A stretch of 64,000 nucleotides of DNA from contig CAWGTL010000001.1 of the NCBI GenBank assembly GCA_963825505.1, positions 8,869 to 72,868 on the forward strand, in the 5' to 3' direction. Under the pieces are notes generated by a model that ran no database searches, was not told the origin of the DNA, and was given only the letters and a program-made list of their open reading frames with translations. Made by a program: the position numbers and the translations under genes. This document shows, piece after piece, positions 56,092-64,000 of this stretch; within the stretch, counting starts at the first letter, position 1; every line of letters begins with the position of its first letter. The stretch comes from an uncultured Actinomycetota bacterium (GTDB lineage: Bacteria > Actinomycetota > Actinomycetes > Actinomycetales > CAWJMD01).

Positions 56092-56240
56092 ATGACGCCG
56101 CGCTCCCTGTCGGTCGTGACGATCCTCATCACGGTCGTCCTCGTCCACGCCGGGAAGCGGCAGCGCAGACTGGCCGACGCCCTGCGGCAGGCCGCGATCG
56201 ATCCGCTGACGGGGCTCCAGCGCGACCGGACCGTCGCGCT
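56092..56240 (+). pseudogene. remnant of a membrane-bound GGDEF protein
   Basis: TM helix + S-helix-like RQRRLADALRQAAIDPLTGL, but no GGDEF core follows. Confidence 0.5.
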
Positions 56241-56383
56241 CCGACCGGGGCCCGGTCACGGATTCGGGGGATGGACCCCCGCCCGGTACAGTGGGCCGCT
56301 GAATCCGGCCGTCCCGACGCGCTGAGCGCTGCTCGGACCGCACCTGCCGGCCGGCCCCCGAACACCACTCCTGGAGCCCCTGC

Positions 56384-57857
56384 GTGAAGAGCGACGTCGA
56401 GACCCTCAACCCGACCCGGGTCAAGCTGACCGTCGAGGTCCCGTTCGAGGAGCTCAAGCCGAGCGTCGACGCGGCCTACAAGTCGATCGGTGCCCAGATC
56501 ACCGTCCCCGGCTTCCGCAAGGGCAAGGTCCCCGCGCGCATCATCGACCAGCGGGTCGGTCGCGGCGCGGTGCTGCAGGAGGCCATCAACGAGGCGCTGC
56601 CCGGCCTGTTCAGCAAGGCCGCCGACGAGCAGAAGATCCGTCCGCTCGGCCAGCCCGACGTCGACATCACCGACGTCCCCGACCCGGCGCAGGGCGGCGA
56701 CCTGAAGTTCACCGTCGAGGTCGACGTGCGGCCCGAGGTCACCCTGCCCGACTACTCCTCCCTCGCGGTCCAGCTCGACGACTACGAGGTCACCGACGAG
56801 GACGTCCAGGAGCGTCTCGACGCCCTGCGCGAGCGCTTCGGCACCCTGGTGGGCGTCGACCGCGCGGCCGGCGAGGGCGACTTCGTGTCCCTCGACCTGG
56901 TGGCGAAGATCGGCGACGAGGAGATCGACTCCGCCAAGGGCATCAGCTACCAGGTCGGCGCCGGCAACATGATCGACGGCCTCGACGAGGCCCTCACCGG
57001 CCTGTCCGCCGGCGAGGAGACCACCTTCGAGGCGCCGCTGGCCGGTGGCGAGCACGCCGGCGAGACCGCGCAGATCACCGTCACGGCGGTCTCGGTGAAG
57101 GAGCGCGAGCTGCCCGAGGCCGACGACGAGTTCGCCGAGCTGGCCTCGCGAGTTCGAGACCATCGCCGAGCTCAGGGACGACCTGCGGGGCCAGGCCGCG
57201 CAGGCCAAGAAGTTCCAGGCCGGTCTCGGCGCCCGCGACAAGGTCCTCGAGGCCCTGCTCGCCGCCGTCGACGTCCCCGTGCCGGAGAAGCTGGTCGAGG
57301 CCGAGGTGCACGCGCACCTGGAGGGCGAGAACCGCCTCGAGGACGACGAGCACCGCGCGGAGGTGACCGAGGAGGTCACCAACGCCCTGCGCACCCAGTT
57401 CGTGCTCGACACCATCGTCGACAAGGAGGAGGTCTCGGTCACCCAGGGCGAGCTGATCGAGTACCTCGTCGCGCAGGCGCCCCGCTACGGCATGGACGCC
57501 AACGCGTTCGCCCAGGCCGTCGACCAGGCCGGCCAGGTGCCCGCGATGGTCGGCGAGGTCGCCCGCCGCAAGGGCCTGGCGGTCGTGCTCGAGAGCGCCA
57601 CGATCACCGACGTCGACGGCCAGCCGGTCGACCTGGACGACCTGGTCCCGCCGCGCCCCGCCGCCGAGGGTGCCGAGGACCACGACCACGAGGGCCACGA
57701 CCACGAGGGCCACGACCACGAGGGCCACGACCACGAGGGCCACGACCACGACCACGAGGGACACGGTCACGGCCCCGGCCACGAGGTCGCCGAGCCCGGC
57801 GACGCCGCCATCGCCATCCCCCTGGGCCAGGTCGAGCTCGACGACGACCAGAAGTAG
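56384..57857 (+). CDS. tig: trigger factor with His-rich C-terminal tail; frameshift near 57149
   Basis: MKSDVETLNPTRVKL, PGFRKGKVP, DDEFA.LAS/EF; second half in another frame. Confidence 0.95.
57681..57770 (+). repeat. 15-bp coding tandem repeat (HDHEG) x4 plus degenerate copies
   Basis: cacgaccacgagggc perfect four times, 57681-57740. Confidence 0.95.
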
Positions 57858-57870
57858 GCCGACAGCGAAC
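57855..57870. promoter_or_regulatory. possible ClgR site upstream of clpP1
   Basis: Reverse complement GTTCGC-TGTCG-GCC resembles GTTCGC-N5-GCG; TAGGGT -10 near 57910. Confidence 0.4.
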
Positions 57871-58011
57871 ACCCGCCGGGTCGGGGAGTTCGGCGTCGGG
57901 GTGCCGCGTTAGGGTCGGTGACGGCCGACGGCAGCCGGTCCAGCACCTGGTGAGCACTCACCGGCGGACCCGGCCGCCGTCACACTGACGAGGACGGACG
58001 GAGCGACAAGC

Positions 58012-58644
58012 GTGGGCGACTTCCAGCAGACGGGTGCCGACATCACGGCGCGCGGCAGCGGCCAGCCCTTCGGGCTCGACGACCACATCTTCCAGCGTCT
58101 CCTGCGCGAGCGGATCATCTGGCTCGGGTCGGAGGTCCGCGACGACAACGCCAACGCCATCTGCGCGCAGATGCTGCTGCTGGCGGCGGAGGACCCGGAC
58201 AAGGACATCTGGCTGTACATCAACAGCCCCGGCGGCTCGGTCACCGCCGGCATGGCGATCTACGACACGATGCAGTACGTCAAGCCCGACGTCGCCACGG
58301 TGGCGATGGGCCTGGCGGCCTCGATGGGGCAGTTCCTGCTCTCGTCGGGCGCCAAGGGCAAGCGGTACGCCACCCCGCACGCGCGGGTGATGATGCACCA
58401 GCCGTCGGGCGGTTTCGGCGGCACGGTCACCGACATCCGGATCCAGGCCGAGCTGATCAACAACATGAAGAAGACGCTCACCGAGCTGACGGCCGAGCAG
58501 ACCGGCCAGACGGTGGAGCAGATCTCCCTGGACAACGACCGCGACCGCTGGTTCACCGCCGCGGAGGCCAAGGAGTACGGCTTCATCGACCACGTCGAGG
58601 CCCACTCCGGCGACGTCGTCGCCGGCGGCGGCACCAGCGCGTGA
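58012..58644 (+). CDS. clpP1: Clp protease proteolytic subunit 1
   Basis: [32 protein letters not shown]. Confidence 0.96.
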   Translation: MGDFQQTGADITARGSGQPFGLDDHIFQRLLRERIIWLGSEVRDDNANAICAQMLLLAAEDPDKDIWLYINSPGGSVTAGMAIYDTMQYVKPDVATVAMGLAASMGQFLLSSGAKGKRYATPHARVMMHQPSGGFGGTVTDIRIQAELINNMKKTLTELTAEQTGQTVEQISLDNDRDRWFTAAEAKEYGFIDHVEAHSGDVVAGGGTSA

Positions 58645-58696
58645 CGCGTCCACACCAGACCCCGCAGGCCCGCCCGCAGGCACCCGAGGAGCCCTC

Positions 58697-59356
58697 GTGA
58701 TCGACCCCCGCACCCCCCAGATCGGTGGCCTGGCCGGCCACCAGCCGTCCAGCCGCTACATCCTCCCGCAGTTCGAGGAGCGCACGGCGTACGGCTTCAA
58801 GCGCCAGGACCCGTACACCAAGCTGTTCGAGGACCGGATCATCTTCCTCGGCGTGCAGGTCGACGACGCCTCGGCCGACGACATCATGGCCCAGCTGCTC
58901 GTGCTGGAGTCGCAGGACCCGGACCGCGACATCACGATGTACATCAACAGCCCCGGCGGCTCCTTCACGGCGCTGACGGCGATCTACGACACGATGATGT
59001 ACGTCAAGCCGGACATCGTCACCGCCGTGCTCGGGCAGGCCGCCTCGGCGGCCGCCGTGCTGCTGGCGGCCGGCGCGCAGGGCAAGCGCCTGGCGCTGCC
59101 GAACGCGCGGATCCTGATCCACCAGCCGGCGCTGTCCAGCGGCGACTACGCGCAGGCCTCCGACATCCAGATCCATGCCGACGAGGCGCTGCGGATGCGC
59201 AACTGGCTGGAGGAGACCATCTCCTTCCACTCCAACCGCGACGTCGAGCAGGTCCGGCGCGACATCGAGCGCGACAAGATCCTCACCGCCGCGCAGGCGC
59301 TGGAGTACGGTCTCGTGGACCAGGTGCTGGAGTACCGCAAGGGCCGCACCGAGTAG
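58697..59356 (+). CDS. clpP2: Clp protease proteolytic subunit 2
   Basis: [41 protein letters not shown]. Confidence 0.96.
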   Translation: MIDPRTPQIGGLAGHQPSSRYILPQFEERTAYGFKRQDPYTKLFEDRIIFLGVQVDDASADDIMAQLLVLESQDPDRDITMYINSPGGSFTALTAIYDTMMYVKPDIVTAVLGQAASAAAVLLAAGAQGKRLALPNARILIHQPALSSGDYAQASDIQIHADEALRMRNWLEETISFHSNRDVEQVRRDIERDKILTAAQALEYGLVDQVLEYRKGRTE

Positions 59357-59499
59357 TCGTCCGGGCGCCCTTCCGCCTCACGGACCGCAAGGTCTGCCGG
59401 ACACGCGGTGGAAGGGCGCTGACACCGGTACCCCCGGTGGTGTCCAATGAAGGTGGAGGTCGGCGTCCTCGTCGGCCCAGATGGAAGGAAACCGGATCC

Positions 59500-60780
<1,281 letters not shown>

Positions 60781-60818
60781 CCGACGACGCCGGCCCGGCT
60801 GACGTTCGCGGACGACCC

Positions 60819-61556
60819 GTGGCCCCCGTCCCCGCACCGCTCGAGGCGCCGCTCGGCGCCCTGACCCGTGCCGTCTGGCGGTTGCGCCGGCGACGCACCA
60901 CCTCCACCGCCTCGCCCACGGCCCCGGTGGCCAACGGCGTCACGGCCGGCCTGGCGCGCCGCCTCGATGACGTCCTGCGCGGCCGCGCCGACGCCTTCCG
61001 TCAGCAGTCGTCGACCACCTGCGGTAGCAGCACGATCGCGATGTTCCGGGTGCTCACCGACCAGGCGTTCGCCGACGACCTGCTCGACGGCGACGTCGAC
61101 GAGGTGTCGCAGCGGTGGGCCGTGCTCGAGCGGTCGGTCCAGGCGTCCACGAACCGGGCGCTGAGCACCACGGCCGGCGCCCGGCTCCGGCTGCCGTGGC
61201 CCCTCGCGCTCGGCACCCCGCCGTGGGGACTGCGCGACGCGCTCGACGACCTCGGCCGCGCCCGCGGCGTGCGGTTCCAGGTGCTGCGGGTCGACGGCGC
61301 GGAGCCCGACGACGTGGGGACGGCACTCGGTCGCGTGCGGGCCACCGTCGCCCGGGGCATCCCGGTGCCGCTGTACGTCGGCAACCGGCTGCTCCCGCGG
61401 CACGTGGTGCTCGCCGTGGCCGCCGGCCCGTCCTGGGTCGACCTCTACGACCCCGGCTCCGGCCGCCGGCACCGGGTCGAGCGCGCCGCGCTGTGCGAGC
61501 GCCGCGCCCGGATCAGCGGCTGGGACCAGCTCTGGGCGGCCGTCGTCCCGCGCTGA
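60819..61556 (+). CDS. hypothetical protein with C39/papain-like catalytic motifs
   Basis: [19 protein letters not shown]. Confidence 0.6.
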   Translation: MAPVPAPLEAPLGALTRAVWRLRRRRTTSTASPTAPVANGVTAGLARRLDDVLRGRADAFRQQSSTTCGSSTIAMFRVLTDQAFADDLLDGDVDEVSQRWAVLERSVQASTNRALSTTAGARLRLPWPLALGTPPWGLRDALDDLGRARGVRFQVLRVDGAEPDDVGTALGRVRATVARGIPVPLYVGNRLLPRHVVLAVAAGPSWVDLYDPGSGRRHRVERAALCERRARISGWDQLWAAVVPR

Positions 61557-61574
61557 GGACGGGCTGCGCCCGGT

Positions 61575-62097
61575 TCAGCCCGCCCGGTCCACGAGCGCGC
61601 TGATCCGCGGGTACCGCCGGCGCATCTCGGCGTCGTCGTCGAAGTCCCAGCCCTCCCCGAGCTCCGGACGCGGCGCGCGGGCGGACCCGGCGGGCAGGTT
61701 CCGACCGGTGAGCTGCTGGTGCGCCTCCCAGGCCGCCCCGAGCACGTCCTCGCACGCCACCTCGTACAGCTCGTCGGTGGTCACGACGTCGGCGAGCGAG
61801 TCGGGGTCGGCCAGCGCGGCCTCGAACACCGCGCGGCCGCGCGTCACCAGCCAGCCGCGGAAGTCGTCGAACCCGTCGTCCCCGCAACCGCCGTTCAGCA
61901 GGTACGCCGCCCCCCACAGCGGCCAGCCGTAGCCCTGCTCGCTGATCCGGTGGAAGGCGTCGTCGGCCTGCACCACCTGCGCCGGGCGACAGCTCCACCA
62001 GCAGCGACACGAGCGTCTCGGCCACCGTCTCGGGCGAGTCGTCACCGCCCTCGGCGCGGGATCGCTCGACCAGGGTCCAGTACGCGTCGTCGTCCAC
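61575..62097 (-). CDS. DUF4240-like protein; frameshift near 61985
   Basis: MDDDAYW.LVE, W.LWGAAYLLNGGC.DDGFDDFRGWL, DPDSLAD, RRYPR. Confidence 0.8.
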
Positions 62098-62124
62098 GGG
62101 CGCATCGTCGCACGCCCGTGCGCG

Positions 62125-64000
62125 TCAGCCCTGGGGTTCGGCCAGCTCCACCTCGGACACCACGAGCCCCTCGCCGCCCTCGACCAGCTCGAGGGCGCCG
62201 ATCCGTCCCGCCGCCCGCAGGTCGGCCTCGCCGGCGCGCACCCGGGCCACCTGCTCGGCCGGACCCGTCACGACGGCGCGGGTGGCGTCGGTGCGCTGGG
62301 AGACCTTGGCCTGCGACTTCGCGCCGCGCACGCCGGCCAGCGCCTCGGCCACGGCCGTCAGGACCTCGGCGTCACCGCCCTCGCCGCACTCCTCGGCGGT
62401 CGGGCCAGGTCGAGGTGTGCACCGAGCCGTCCTGCCACCACGACCAGGCCTCCTCGGTCGCGTACGGCAGGAACGGCGCGAGGAGCCGCAGCTGCACCGA
62501 GAGGGCGAGCGCCAGGGCCGATCTCGCGGAGGCAGCTCGGTCGTCCTCGCTGTACGCGCGCTCCTTGACGAGCTCGACGTAGTCGTCGCAGAAGGTCCAG
62601 AAGAAGTGCTCCGCGGCCTCCAGCGCGCGGGAGTACTCGAGCTCCTCGAACGCCGCGGTGGCCTCGCGGACGGTGGCGGCCAGGCCGGCGAGCATCGAGG
62701 CGTCGAGCGGCTCGGTGACCCGGGCGAGGTCGCCGGTCTCGCCGCTGATGCCGAGCACGAACTTGCTCGCGTTCAGGACCTTGATCGCCAGCCGGCGCCC
62801 GACCTTCATCTGGGTCTCGTCGAACGGGGAGTCCATCCCGGGACGGGCCATCGCCGCGCGCCAGCGGACGGCGTCGGCGCCGAACCGCTCCAGGATCTCG
62901 GTGGGGACGATCGCGTTGCCCTTGGACTTGCTCATCTTCTTGCGGTCGGGGTCGACCACGAAGCCCGGAGATCATCGAGCGTCGCCAGGGCAGGCAGCCG
63001 TTCTCGAAGTGCGACCGCACGATGCGGGAGAACAGCCAGGTGCGGATGATCTCGTGCGCGTGGGTGTTGAGGTCCATCGGGAAGGTGCGGACGAACAGGT
63101 CGTCGTCGCGCTCCCAGCCGCAGACGATGTGCGGGCTCATCGACGAGGTCGCCCAGGTGTCCATCACGTCCGGGTCCCCGGTGAAACCGCCTGGCACGCC
63201 TCGCTGGTCCTCGGTGAAGCCCGGAGCCGGCTCGGAGGACGGGTCCACCGGCAGCGACGCCTCGTCGGCGACGATCGGGTCGTCGTGCACCGGGTTGCCG
63301 TCCTCGTCGAGGCGGTACCAGACCGGGAACGGGACGCCGAAGTAGCGCTGCCGGCTGATCAGCCAGTCGCCGTTGAGGCCGCCCACCCAGTTCTCGTAGC
63401 GGTGGCGCATGAAGTCGGGCACCCAGGCGAGCTCGCGGCCGCGCTCGAGCATCGTCTCGCGCAGGTCGGCGTCGCGGCCGCCGTTGCGGATGTACCACTG
63501 CCGGGAGGTGACGATCTCGAGCGGCTTGTCGCCCTTCTCGTAGAAGTTGGTCATCCGCTGCGTGGCGGTCGGCTCGCCCTCGAGGTCGCCGGACTCCCGC
63601 AGCGCCGCCACCACGGCCTCGCGCGCCGAGAACGTGGTCTTCCCCGCCAGCTCGGCGTACAGCGCCTCGCCGGTCCCGTCCGCGATCCACTCGGGCACCT
63701 CGCGCAGGATCCGCCCGTCGCGGCCGACCACCGCGCGGGTCGCCAGCTGCAGCTCGCGCCACCACGTCACGTCGGTGAGGTCACCGAAGGTGCAGCACAT
63801 GGCGATACCGGCGCCCTTGTCCATCTCGGCGGCCGGGTGCGCCAGCACCGGGCACCTCCACGCCGAACAGGGGCGAGGTGACGGTCGTGCCGAACAGCGG
63901 CTGGTAGCGCTCGTCGTCCGGGTGCGCGATCAGCGCGACCACGGCCGGGATCAGCTCGGGCCGGGTGGTCTCGATGTGCAGCGCGGTGCCGTCGGGTCGG
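62125..64000 (-). CDS. valS: valyl-tRNA synthetase, 3' part; frameshifts near 63855, 62965 and 62400
   Basis: [52 protein letters not shown] across four consecutive frames. Confidence 0.95.

Noticed and set aside
57681-57770. Short repeats as a possible CRISPR array
   Set aside because: Contiguous in-frame coding repeats with no spacers and no cas genes.
62125-64000. valS pseudogene or programmed frameshifting
   Set aside because: Essential gene with intact motifs, no slippery heptamers, and the same indel signature as other genes.

Overview
Very GC-rich actinobacterial chromosome segment. It follows the conserved ssb2/ettA - thioesterase - aglA - glbO - pepN - Rv2466c-like - rpiB - tRNA-Gly/tRNA-Pro - tig - clpP1P2 - clpX - valS backbone. 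Accessory blocks are interspersed: a DUF222/HNH gene, TerD-vWA plus P-loop kinase, a dynamin-like GTPase pair, a TetR-controlled acyl-CoA cluster, two Excalibur proteins, hrpA, an APH kinase plus acyl-CoA dehydrogenase pair, a LacI/ABC/GH-J/amylosucrase sugar locus, and an ECF sigma with a putative anti-sigma between the two tRNAs. At least nine single-base frameshifts (three in valS) fall mostly in short G/C runs and look like sequencing or assembly errors. The best candidate for an undescribed system is a two-gene cassette at 42121-43172: a secreted protein with a pro-domain, an Asp-Pro motif and a cationic 4-Cys C-terminal domain, followed by a 65-aa two-TM protein. This resembles a toxin/bacteriocin-immunity pair. 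No CRISPR array, rRNA, integrase or prophage was seen. All family calls come from motif recognition by eye, not database searches.
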